From: Epiperipatus broadwayi
Taxonomy: Eukaryota; Animalia; Onychophora
NCBI GenBank assembly: GCA_028023455.1
Contig: JAQFVV010000003.1
Coordinates: forward strand, 26,040,001-26,104,000
Direction: 5' to 3'
Length of the DNA stretch: 64,000 nucleotides
Shown: positions 26,560 through 37,892 of the stretch, in pieces
How positions within the stretch are numbered: the stretch's first letter is position 1
Layout: each line of letters starts with the position of its first letter
Translations under genes and position numbers: made by a program
The notes under the pieces: generated by a model
The model's database searches: none
What the model was told of the DNA's origin: nothing
What the model saw: the letters and a program-made list of their open reading frames with translations, nothing else

Positions 26560-26960
26560 CAAAATTGATTATTGCATTATCTAATTGACTATGAGAATCC
26601 TTCAATGTTCGCTGAAGATCTAAATATTTTTAAGTGGAAACTTTTTCCAAGGTTTACAATGGTTTTTTATTGTTGCATTTAAATATCAGATTATTAGATA
26701 TTTTACTACCTTCAATTGCCCTCTCCAGGTGTGGCCTACTATTATTTTAGCTATCCCGATACACAACTATTAACTATTGTTTCACCAGCTAATAACAATA
26801 GCAATTTTTTTTAATATACTTTAACCCCCGCCTTCCTGGTCTTTTTTTATGCAGTAAAAAAAACTTAAAGCATAAGCAGATATACTTTGTGGGATATTTC
26901 AATATCACTCCTGGTTTAATTCTACTCTAACTTTACTATGTATAATTTTTATTTTTTCTT
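26560..26960 (-). mobile_element. Small decayed LINE (RTE-like) 3' fragment
   Basis: Minus strand gtaggccacacctggagagggcaattgaagg translates to a GH..R...IEG-like RTE C-terminal motif. Weak evidence. Confidence 0.3.
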
Positions 26961-28243
26961 CTAAACTACTATTTTCTTTTGTATTATTTGCTAATTAAAT
27001 TTTCTGAATATTTTAACAATTTACTCCACCCAAACTCTGCTGAAATTTTAAATAAATATTAGTTGTAGTATTATTAGATTTTTTGTAAATATATATGATT
27101 TCTGAATAAATTATTTTTATTAGTAACAATATAAACCTTTAAAATATTTTAAATGCTTACTTTTATAAAACTAAAAAATATAAAATAATTTACTTTCACT
27201 AATTAATCTCCTCCCCCCTTTTTACTTTGTTTAATATGCATGCAGTTCAGCTTTTTCTTGATTTTTATCTGCTTTCCACTTAGCAATTCAATGTAATCCC
27301 TTTTATAAATTTAAGAAAGTTAGAAAAACTGATCTTTCTACTTCAGTGATTTTTTTTTTTTAGTCCTTCCACTTAAAAAATGGATGTAATCTTTTTAAAA
27401 ACTAAAAGACTGAAAAAATGCTTTTCATTTTTCACTAGTTTATTTCTCCTCTTCATTTAAGCAGTTGAATATAATGTTTTAACATTTTTTTCTAAGACTG
27501 AAAAATTGTTCATTCAGCTGCAAAGACCCCCTCCACACACACACACTACTAATTTACTAATAAAATTGCTACATAAGTGTTTGCACATTCTATTTATATA
27601 TGTTGTAAACATTTATATTATGCACACGTGTTAAAAACATATATACAATTCATTACTATTCATTAATTTTGCTATTTGCACTGATGCTTGAATCATATGT
27701 CATGGACACTTCTTTATAAAATTTATTTTGATATTTAAATTTTAATTATTTTTTAGCCAAGATAAAAAAAATTTAATTTTATAAATAAAAATTTTTGTGT
27801 TAGAATTAAATTAAAATTTGGAAATTTTTTTTATTAATTTCTTGATTTTTAATAACTAATATAAATTGTTTTCAATCTTGTCTATTTTGAGAAAAATATT
27901 TAATGATAGATTTTTCAAAATTTCTCACTTTTTAATATGTTTAAGATTTTCATAAAAAATCCATTATTTTATTTTCAAAATATCACAATTGCGATTAATA
28001 ATCTAAACAAATATTTTCATTTTATATCAGTAAGCTACAATTAATTCTCTAGTTTATTTAAAGTTGTTTGAGCTAACAATTATATCTCGCAATTATTTAA
28101 TTTAAAAGTATATTTCACTTTGATTAGTGACACCAATTTATATATTTTGTCATGAAATTAAAAAATAAATAAATAATTATAAGCATTATAAAAATCAATT
28201 ACTAATTAAAAACATTTCATAATCTAAACATAAGAAACCTTAC

Positions 28244-29627
28244 TTATTTCTTGTGATGTCTGATATGGCAGCTGTTGATGCTGATCTTGAGAAGACTGAT
28301 ACTTTTGTTGTTGCTGCTGTTGATCTTGTGGTGACTGATATTGTAATTGTTGTAGCTGTTGGTCTTGAGATGACTGATATTGTAATTGATGCTGTAGTAA
28401 TTGTTGTTGTAATTGTTGATCTTGTGATGTCTGATATTGTAACTGTTGTTGTAATTGTTGATCTTGTGATGTCTGATATTGTAACTGTTGTAATTGTTGA
28501 TCTTGTGATGTCTGATATTGTAACTGTTGTTGTAATTGCTGTTGTAGTTGTTGATCTTGAGATGACTGATATTGTAACTGCTGTTGTAGTTGTTGGTCTT
28601 GTGAAGTCTGATACTGTAACTGTTGTTGTAACTGATGCTGTTGTAGTTGTTGATCTTGAGATGACTGATACTGTAACTGCTGCTGCTGTAATTGTTGATC
28701 TTGTGATGTCTGATACTGTAACTGTTGTTGTAACTGATGCTGTTGTAGATGTTGATCTTGAGCTGACTGATATTGTAACTGCTGCTGCTGTTGTAGATCT
28801 TGTGAAGTCTGATACTGTAACGGCTGTTGTAGTTGTTGATCTTGTGAAGTCTGATACTGTAACTGTTGTTGTTGTAACTGATGCTGTTGTAGTTGTTGAT
28901 CTTGAGATGACTGATACTGTAACTGCTGCTGCTGCTGTAGTTGATCTTGTGAAGTCTGGTACTGTAATTGTTGTAATTGTTGATCTTGAGGTGTCTGATA
29001 CTGTAACTGTTGTTGTAATTGCTGCTGCTGTAATTGTTGATCTTGAGGTAGCTGATATTGTAACTGTTGCTGCAATTGTTGCTGTTGTAATTGTTGATCT
29101 TGAGTTGTCTGATACTGTAATTGCTGTTGTAACTGTTGTTGCAATTGCTGCTGTTGCATCTGTTGATCCTGAGATGTCTGATACTGTAACTGCTGTTGCT
29201 GTAATTTCTGTTGCTGTAGCTGTTGATCTTGAGATGTCTGATACTGTAACTGTTGTTGCTGTAATTGCTGCTGTTGTAACTGGTGATCTTGAGATGTCTG
29301 ATATTGTAACTGATGTTGTAACTGTTGCTGTTCCTGAGTTGTCTGGTACTGCTGTTGCTGCAATTGTTGTAACTGCTGCTGTTCTTGATTTGTCTGATGA
29401 TGCTGCAATGCTTCTTGTGATGTTTGGTAGTGCTGTTCTTGTGCTTGATATTGTTGTTGCAGTTGTTCTTGAGAAGGATACTGCTGCTGCTGCTGTTGCA
29501 AGTGCTGATGAGCAATTTCTTCTTGCTGAAGTCTCATTTCTCTTTCTCTTTTCAACTGAGCAATTTTATCTCTTACAAGTTTTGCAACAATTCTTACATC
29601 TTCTTCTTGAAGAAATCCAGATTTAAC
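28244..29627 (-). CDS. Wnk: WNK exon: first coiled coil followed by a very long Gln-rich repeat
   Basis: Acceptor ttttttttaaag|GTT AAA TCT GGA gives VKSGFLQEEDVRIVAKLVRDKIAQLKRERE, homologous to WNK1 VESGYVCEGDHKTMAKAIKDRVSLIKRKRE. It joins the 51580 exon in phase 0. Donor GAA ATA A|gtaagg at 28243. Length 1384 nt (461 codons +1), no stops. Confidence 0.92.
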
Positions 29628-32210
29628 CTTTAAAAAAAAAACAACTAAAATTTAATTACAATAATAAACATTAATCAAAGTTTACAATGTAGCTCTAAAT
29701 ATTAAGATTCTAGAAGAAATTATGTTAAGATAAGTGGTGACAAGCAATTAAAAAGTTGGGTAGTATAATTTTCATTAATTTGCTATAGTATTAAAAAACA
29801 CACATCATAAGAATTGCATATCAAAAATAATTCATTTACATTAAAAGTTAATTATTTCAGAATAAATAATATCACATGCTCATCATAATACTCAATTGCC
29901 AAGTAATCTCGACATGTGTTAGTTAAGGCAGGGGCAAAGTATTTAATATACATAATTAATTAAAATATGGTTAGTACACAATGTGTTTTAAAAATATTAA
30001 TTTAGTTATTGTCATAAATATATTCAAATATTTCAATAATAAAAATTCTTAGATATATGGCTGCTAGCAATAATTTTTATACACTTTTTTTTAAAAAAAA
30101 AAAAGGAAAAAAAAGAATGCTATTAAATTATGAAATAATATAGCCTTTTTCAAATTTATCAATTAATGCAAATGAAGCAACCCTTTTAAATCCACATAGC
30201 AAATCGTTTTCCCGATCAACCATGTAAATTAATATTCGATAATGCTATTGTTAAAATCAAAGTATATACATCAAGAATACTATTTTCTGAACAACAAAGA
30301 ATTGTTTCATTAGAATTCGTGTTTTACTTTAAGGTAACTTTTAATGTTTATGATAAATTTAAAACACGAACAAGTTTATCTTTTAAATCAGACATGAACA
30401 ATCTGCAGACCAGTATAATTTTTTGTATGCATGCATAAAGTTAAAAATAATTTATTTAACAAATATAATTAATATTTATAAATTTACATATATTTATGTG
30501 TATAATAGTACTCAAGGTTAAATGAGAGTTGAGATTGTTATTAATATTGTCTAAGTGCTGATTGATTTTACTTATTATTTATGTATATCTATATGTAAAT
30601 ATACAGATAAATATAATTTTCAATCTACATTCAAAGTTTTTTAAATATACAGTACTATAATTGTGAAAATATTGAGATTTATTAAAATAAAATTATACAA
30701 ATTATAGTATTAAAAAAGATAATACTGTTGTAAAAAAATAAAAGAGAATGGGAATATTTCATATACTTTAAAATCATGTGGCCTGTGCTGCTCAAAACAG
30801 GTTAATATCTTGTTCTCTTTTTAACTTTCAATTTCATCATATAATTTTTTAATTTATTTTTAAGAATACTTTGTATCAACTAAACTTCCAATGTGATCTC
30901 TTAGTTCACTATACAAATTATTTAAACTCATGATTTCTCATCTTTGATAAATACAATCTCTTCAAGATTATAATTGGCTTTAAACACTTATCTTTTGTGC
31001 ATTGTTTTATCATTTGATCAAAAAATATACATTAATTTAATCTATCTATTTCCATCTTGAATTTCTTTTTCCATATCTATAAATATGTGCATGATATTAC
31101 CATGACAAACTGGTTTAGAATTAAAAATCCATGAGAATTCTAAAATATTATCATCATCAACTATTCTTTAAATATTTTTATAAAACCCTTTTTTCTTCTT
31201 TTGATTACTGAAAGTTAGAATTTTATAAATTTGATTTATTTATTTAATAAATGTTTTTTTTAAGACCACCTGAACCATTAACAAAATTTGACAATTATTA
31301 ACTATGTGATAAATGGTTTGCATTTGTCCATATTTACATAGATCAGTGATGGTTAAATTTTATTTATGAAGGGGATACGTTCAATGATTATGGATTATCC
31401 TGAATCTGTTGATGAGACCCCAGTTATACCTAGGAAGATAATTCCATCTGACTTCATTGTTCATCTGAAAAAAATAAATTGAATTGATTCCATTTTTTAA
31501 TGCCATAATTCTTAGGCTACAGATTCTTAATTGAACATCCAAATAAAAATCTTCATTTGAGTAAACTCGTGGATAATGAAAGTATATCTTGAGTTACTGG
31601 TGAGTTTGATCCGCTTCGCAGTTTTTCCTACCTTTTTTATGAAGCAACCACTGCAAATGAGTAGAATTGAGTATTTCAGTAGTATTTTTCATGCTAATAT
31701 TTAAATGAATATCTAGAAAGAGGCATAATATTCACCAGAAAAACATGCTAAGAAAGTTTTACTAATCAATATTCTAGAAGAGGTTATTCCTAAAATAAGT
31801 TAGGCTAGGATTTAAGATTTAGTCCTAAATAGCATGTTATAGGATTGTGTTTATTACTGCAAAAGATTATATTCAGATTATGACAAGATTGCGTAATGTT
31901 TAAATGAAAAATTGAAATTACTAATCTTCACTGAATTAGAAATAAGAACATAATTGAAAAAGATTTACAATCTTTTCATATTTTTATTGAGAGATTTTTC
32001 TATTTCAGAAAAAGATATCTTTTGAAATGTCAAAGCAATATTGTCAACAGATGAATTACCTACATTCTGTATTTGAAAAATCAATGATAAATATATTAAA
32101 TAAACCAGCAAAATTCTCTACGTATTGCCACTCAGTGCAAGCTAGAATAATCAATGGATGCCAGAAGGCTTGTGCATAAAATCCCCATCTAATGCCTACT
32201 CATCCAATAT

Positions 32211-32250
32211 CCCCAGACTAGATTCTGGCTTGTGGCCTTCGTCAGTGAGG
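32211..32250 (-). ncRNA. Hammerhead motif copy with a core substitution
   Basis: Minus strand CCTCA CTGACGA AGGCCACAAGCCA GAAT CTAGTC TGGGG. GAAA is changed to GAAT. Confidence 0.55.
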
Positions 32251-32558
32251 AGCCTTGGATCTGAGAGCACTGCACCTAGATCTTAGGATCTAATGCAACC
32301 CTCCAGCAGCCACCTTTTGTAGTTACTTTTTAGTGTCTTTGGTCCTTTAACAACCATAGCCACCACTATCCCAATAGGCAGAATTGGTTTTAAGCCAATA
32401 AACATCACATTATCACTATTTCTTATGCTTGCTCTTAACTATTATTAAAACAGGCAAAACTCTTTATACCTATTGCCACTCAGTGCAAGCCAGAGTAATC
32501 AATGGATGCCAGAAGGCTTGAGCATAAAATCCCCATCTAGTGCCTGCTTATCCAATAT

Positions 32559-32598
32559 TCCCAGAATAGTTTCTGGCTTGTGGCCTTCGTCAGTGAGG
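32559..32598 (-). ncRNA. Hammerhead motif copy with a broken stem III palindrome
   Basis: Minus strand CCTCA CTGACGA AGGCCACAAGCCA GAAACTATTC TGGGA. ACTAGT is changed to ACTATT. Confidence 0.55.
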
Positions 32599-33017
32599 AG
32601 CCTACGGTCTGAGAGCACTGCACTTAGATCTTAGGATCTAATGCACAAGCCTTCTGGCATCCATTGATTACTCTGACTTGCACTGAGTGACAATACGTAT
32701 AGAGTTTTGCCTGTTTTAATAACAGTTAAGAGCAAGCATAAGAAATGGGGATCATATGATTTTTATTGGCTTAAAACCAATCCTGCCTAATAGGATAGTG
32801 GTGGCTGTTTTTAAAGAACCAAAGACACCAAAATGTATAGGTACTGAACTGAGTTCAGATCTATATGACTATATAAGCTTATGAGCTTGGATTGAAAATA
32901 ATACAGTGTTTTCAAATTAAGTCTCATAGTTTTGTAGTTAAGTAGAAATAAAAGGTGGCTGCTGGAGGGTTGCATTAGATCCTAAGATCTAGATGCAGTG
33001 TTCTCAGATCCAAGGCT

Positions 33018-33057
33018 CCTCACTAATGAAGGCCCCAAACCAGAAGTTAGTCTGGGG
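33018..33057 (+). ncRNA. Hammerhead motif copy with core mutations (likely inactive)
   Basis: CCTCA CTAATGA AGGCCCCAAACCA GAAGTTAGTC TGGGG. CTGA is changed to CTAA and GAAAC to GAAGT. Confidence 0.5.
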
Positions 33058-33193
33058 ATATCGGATAAGTAGGCACTTGATGGGAATTTTATGCACACGC
33101 CTTCTTTTTGTAGTTAAGTAGAAATAAAAGGTGGCTGCTGGAGGGTTGCATTAGATCCTAAGATCTAGATGCAGTATTCTCAGATCCAAGACT

Positions 33194-33233
33194 CCTTACT
33201 GATGAAGGCCCCAAGCCAGAAACTAGTCTGGGG
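33194..33233 (+). ncRNA. Minimal type I hammerhead ribozyme motif with intact core
   Basis: CCTTA CTGATGA A GGC CCCAA GCC A GAA ACTAGT C TGGGG. Stem I is CCTTA/TGGGG, core boxes are CUGAUGA and GAAA, stem II is GGC/GCC, and stem III is the palindrome ACUAGU. GUC triplet gives predicted cleavage after 33228. Stem II carries extra flanking As. Confidence 0.72.
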
Positions 33234-36200
33234 ATATTGGATAAATAAACACTTGATGGGGATTTTATGAACAAGCCTTCTGGCACCCATTGATTACTCT
33301 GGCTTGCACTGAGTGTCAATATGTATAGAGTTTTGCCTGTTTTAATAACAGTTAAGAGCAAGCATAAGAAATGGTGATCATGTGATGTTTATTGGCTTAA
33401 ATAAACTAGGTGAGAGAACTGAAACTTGTGATAGAATTCTGTAAAATTTTAGATTTATTTTGCAATTTTTCTCTTGGGAAGCATTTTGTCAAGTAATGTT
33501 TTAAAATAAAAAATATAAGAATAAAAAAAATAATAAAAGATTGATTTCATTCTCATATGTACAAAATATTGGAAATGAAATTGCAGTGGATTGTGCAGAA
33601 AAATTTAGTGTTGGCTTTAAGATACCAATGAATTTAAAAATTAATTAATAATACAAAAGATAAAATAAATAAGATGTAATTCTGTAATGTCATAAATGCT
33701 GTGAGTGTAGTCAATCAAACTGCCCATATATACTATAGTCCATTTTTCCAAAACACAAACATAAGCTGAGATTAACTCGATAAAGGTAGTACCAGTTTCT
33801 AATTTATTTTCAATTTTTTTCAATGTGAATTGATAAAAATAAAACGTATTCACAATACCTTCTTACAGGTTCATCCAGCCTGATCTATAAGAAAATGACT
33901 TTTAACTAATGGTAAAATTCTTAATACAAATCTTTCAAAATAGGCAACACATAATAATGATAATGGATCAATAATTTTTTAGATCATTCCTGGGTTTATT
34001 TGATTTTATGGTTCATTAAGAGCTCAAACAATAAAATTAATCTAACCAAAACTGCATATAAATTAATACTGTTGTTTTATCTTTACTTATTAACAATAAA
34101 AATTCTATTTTTCTTTCTTTTTACATCAGAAAATCAGATAAATCTACAACATTTCAATTAAACTTTTCTCATTCTGCTTCATTTGACAAAAAATAATAAA
34201 TATACAGTATTAAATCATAAATGAAATTTTATTATTTTCTAATGAAATATAATTCACCTTAACAAGTGTTTTTATTATAATCTTGATCTAATAAAATGAA
34301 ATGGAAGCTATTACCGGTGTTCATTTCATTTATTTGTAAACAATCTAATTCCTATTGTCTTTATATTTTATTTTCATCCAAACTTATAATATAAGCCTGA
34401 ACATTAATCTTAAGTATTTCTACAAAACAGTGTACAGTGTATAAAATTTAATTCAATCGGGTAATATCACAAGGGTGAAAAAATTAAAAATCACATAAAT
34501 GTGGATTAGCAAACAATTTGCAAAAAAAAAAATCAATACAAAAAACTGATGTATTTGACTTGAAGAACTTTCTTGTAATAAAAGCTAGATAACGGTAGCA
34601 AAGTAATAAAGGAAGTTTTTTTTTTCTTTTCCTGAATGTAGATACATAAAAGTGTAAATAAATTAGAAAGCATTTGTAATTAAGGAAATGTCAAGATTTT
34701 CTTAATGAAATTCATTTCACTGAGGGAAAAAGTTTAATTGAAAAGAGGCGGCTATCAGTTTTTTTTCTGGAAGGACTAATATTAAAAATGACTTGTGTAT
34801 ATATTTCTGAGAGTTTATGATACAGCATTAGATTCAAAAAGTTCAGAGGAAGGTGCTATTGTTAAAAACAATAACAATGATTCAAAGTTCTTAAAAATAT
34901 TTACAAATATCATCTCTGTGAACTCACCATGATATTTTTAGATCAAAAATTGTCCAAAACAATAACATCTTACTGGTTATAAATAGACACACATTGTTGT
35001 CATGCAAAAAATATGTGTGATTTATATATTGACTCAGTTAATAAACTTAGAAAATAGATGATGTAATTGGTAAATGGTGATCTTTGGAATGGATAATGAG
35101 ATTTAAATTTGAATCATTTTTTAAAAAAACCAACAGCTTTAATCTTTTGACTCTTAGATTTACACTATGTTAATGACTGTGCTATTCTTATCAATTCAAA
35201 ATGATATATCTTATTATAAAAATGTATAGAAAATGCAACCTATTAAAAATTTGTCTTAGTAAATTATGATCACAACATTCAGGTACTATTATTAATGATT
35301 AAAAAAACACTCTAAATTTTTGCTTAGACAGTTATCAGCTGGAGAATGTTGACCACTTTAAATGTCTGCTAATGTTTTGGATATGGATGCAATACAGAAT
35401 CCAATCTGTTGTTATATAACTATTTAATTAAATTATATACTTATATATTATTAACATATATACTCTTCACAACAAAACCATCAGCATTTTTAAAAATTGT
35501 ATTTTTCTGCAAATTTATTGTACAGAAATGAGACATGGATTCCTACAAATTTAAGTAAAGGCTCTAAAAAAATTTCATTCAAGAATACTTTTCAATATTC
35601 TAAAAATATGATAGCAAGATCATATAACCAATCACTATAATATATTCAGTTTTCTGGATGTAGTAATAAATGACTATTAGTAAATGGAAATCTTTTGTGA
35701 ATCAGGCATATCAAATAGATGATGAGCGATATATTTTATCATGAATGCATGAGTTTCAGCAGTATTAAAAAAATGCAAAAGTGGTAGCTTTCAGGATGAA
35801 ATAAAATAGAGCCACATATAGACATAACATTGAAGTTTTTTCAGATATCAAAGAGAAAAAATAAAATGAAATATATTTACATTTCTAGAAATAATTTGTG
35901 CAGTTGTTACAAATTCATCTTCATTTTTGTGATTATTTATCTCTCTCTCTTTTTTTTTTTTTAAATTAGGATGGCCACAGTTTTTATAAATGGTTGTTAA
36001 TAATCGTACTTAAGAATATTTAATTCTTCTTACAAAAAAGTAACTGATAATTGTAGTTTTAAAAAGAGACCATAATCCATTAGATATTTTTTTTTAGTTA
36101 TATATTCTGAAAGATAGTAGCTTCAATTTATCATCTTTAAAATATTAATTATTGCTAAATTTTTAACATCAAATTTTTCCTTAGATTAAGTTTGTCCAAT

Positions 36201-37489
36201 TTTTATAAATTTTAAATAATTTTAAATGATTCTTAAAGATACAAGTTGGATTAATACTATTTGCATGCTATTAAATCTATGTTCAGTTCAATCATTATAT
36301 TAATATACATTTTAAAGAGTAATGATTAAAATAAAATAAATATAAAAAGTGCACAGCAGATAAATATATATATATTCAAAATAATAAATAATTTCTATTA
36401 TATAATCAGAATATTTTCTGATCTGTGACAAATGTAAAAATTTTAACTGAAAATATGGATATGTCATTCTTTTCATTTCATAGCATAAGACCTATAAATA
36501 AAATTTACATTATTCATTTAAGTCTGTATTAAATCTAGAATAATTCTTTACTTTTCAGTAAGTAATGTTATAGACTATTTTAATTAAAATACTTATAATA
36601 ATATATTTATTAAAAAAATTCACCAAAAAATATATTACATTAATAATAATTTTAAAAAATGCTCACAAGAATAACAACACTTCATTAAAAATGCATGAGC
36701 AATGTATTAGCATAATTCACAATTTATAATGTATATAACGATAAATTATTTTAACATTTTATATTTTAGTTTAATAATGAGTTAATAGAAGGCAAATAAT
36801 TGATCGTATTCTTAATATTATAAAATATAGCTTTAAAATATATTAAGTGCATACTTGATTAGGTTTTATTAGATAAGTATATAATCTTATTTTTGAAGAA
36901 ACACTTTTATTATATTTATTCACAAGATTTGTCAAAAAAAAAAAAAGCTTTTTATATTATCAAATTGAATAACGTATTAAAAAATAATTCAATGGTTAGT
37001 TGATCAGAAGATTTAAGAGCTAAAATCGAGTTTCAATTCATGAATCTTTAGCTCTCATAGCATCACACTGTCAATGTGATTAACTTCATAGGGGTAAAAC
37101 CTTTCATTATAATATTATATAGAAAAAGTTTAATGTTTATTTTTCAGCTTCTGAAACGATTGGAAAAAATATTATGTTGCATTCAAATAAACTATAAAAA
37201 TATAAAAAAATCAATAATCTTTTATTTACTTATATATTTTTGTTTGGGGAAAAAATTTTTTTTTTTAATTACTTTTTTTATTGTAAATTTTTTAATTTCC
37301 TAACTTCATAAAAGCTAATTTATCAAGAAATACTTGTTTCAAGTATAGAAATAAATACATATAAAATAATTTTTAAACATAAATATATGTGCTAATGATT
37401 TGAAATAAACAAATGCATTTTGTATTTAGTTCTCTTTAAAAATAAACAATAATAAAAAAAAAGAATGTAAAATAATTCATTATATATAG

Positions 37490-37878
37490 TATTTGTTGAA
37501 AGAAATAAAACTACAATCTACCAATCTACACTTGCACAAATATTTATTGCAAAACATCTAAATGTACCTAATTCCATTAATAAAATACATTAATTTTAAA
37601 ATTAAAATCACCACCATCATTTTCAATAAGTCAATATACATATATTTTAGTGATGTTTTACGTTTACTGTGGATCTTTTCTATCCTTTTACTAAAAAAAA
37701 TGTATACCTATCTTATGACTCAGATTAAAGTAATTCATTATATGTGAAATTTCTTAGTGTTACAGTACTTCCTATTTGTTGAAAGAAATAAAACTGCAAC
37801 CTATACTTGCACAAATAATTATTGCAAAATATCTAAATATACCTAATTTCATTAATAAAATATTTTAATTTTAAAATT
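37490..37878. repeat. Diverged direct repeat (about 110 bp x2)
   Basis: tatttgttgaaagaaataaaact.caa...cttgcacaaata.ttattgcaaaa at about 37490-37605 and 37774-37878. Confidence 0.8.
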
Positions 37879-37892
37879 ATACTTTTGCAAAA

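Larger units (their letters stand above)
32108..33400. repeat. Cluster of direct and inverted copies of a non-coding hammerhead-bearing repeat (about 348-bp monomer; retrozyme or PLE pseudo-LTR like)
   Basis: Direct repeat with period 348 (tattgccactcag at 32123 and 32471). Strand switch at atgca 32641-32645, inverted copy to about 32830, spacer, then two inverted partial copies with period 176 (about 32931-33107 and 33108-33400). Confidence 0.92.

Noticed and set aside
28244-29515. 423-aa Asn/Ser/Tyr-rich ORF in a second minus-strand frame
   Set aside because: It is the shifted reading of the same CAR repeat (AAC/AGC). It has no independent start context or homology.
28253-29626. 457-aa plus-strand ORF (Val/Asp/Ala/Thr-rich), plus 29424-29633
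   Set aside because: These are antisense shadows of CAA/CAG repeats, which lack stop codons on the opposite strand. The minus frame has WNK homology and consistent splice phases.
31430-31464. Candidate 35-nt cassette exon (ttttttcag|ATGAAC...CCTAG|gtataa)
   Set aside because: It is not a multiple of three in a phase 0 intron and has no WNK similarity. At most it is a cryptic or poison exon, with no supporting evidence.
30780-31700. Possible decayed transposon or integrase coding remnant
   Set aside because: Only vague resemblance and no diagnostic motif.
34600-35850. Slightly GC-richer stretch suggestive of decayed coding or viral sequence
   Set aside because: No open frame and no recognisable motif on either strand.
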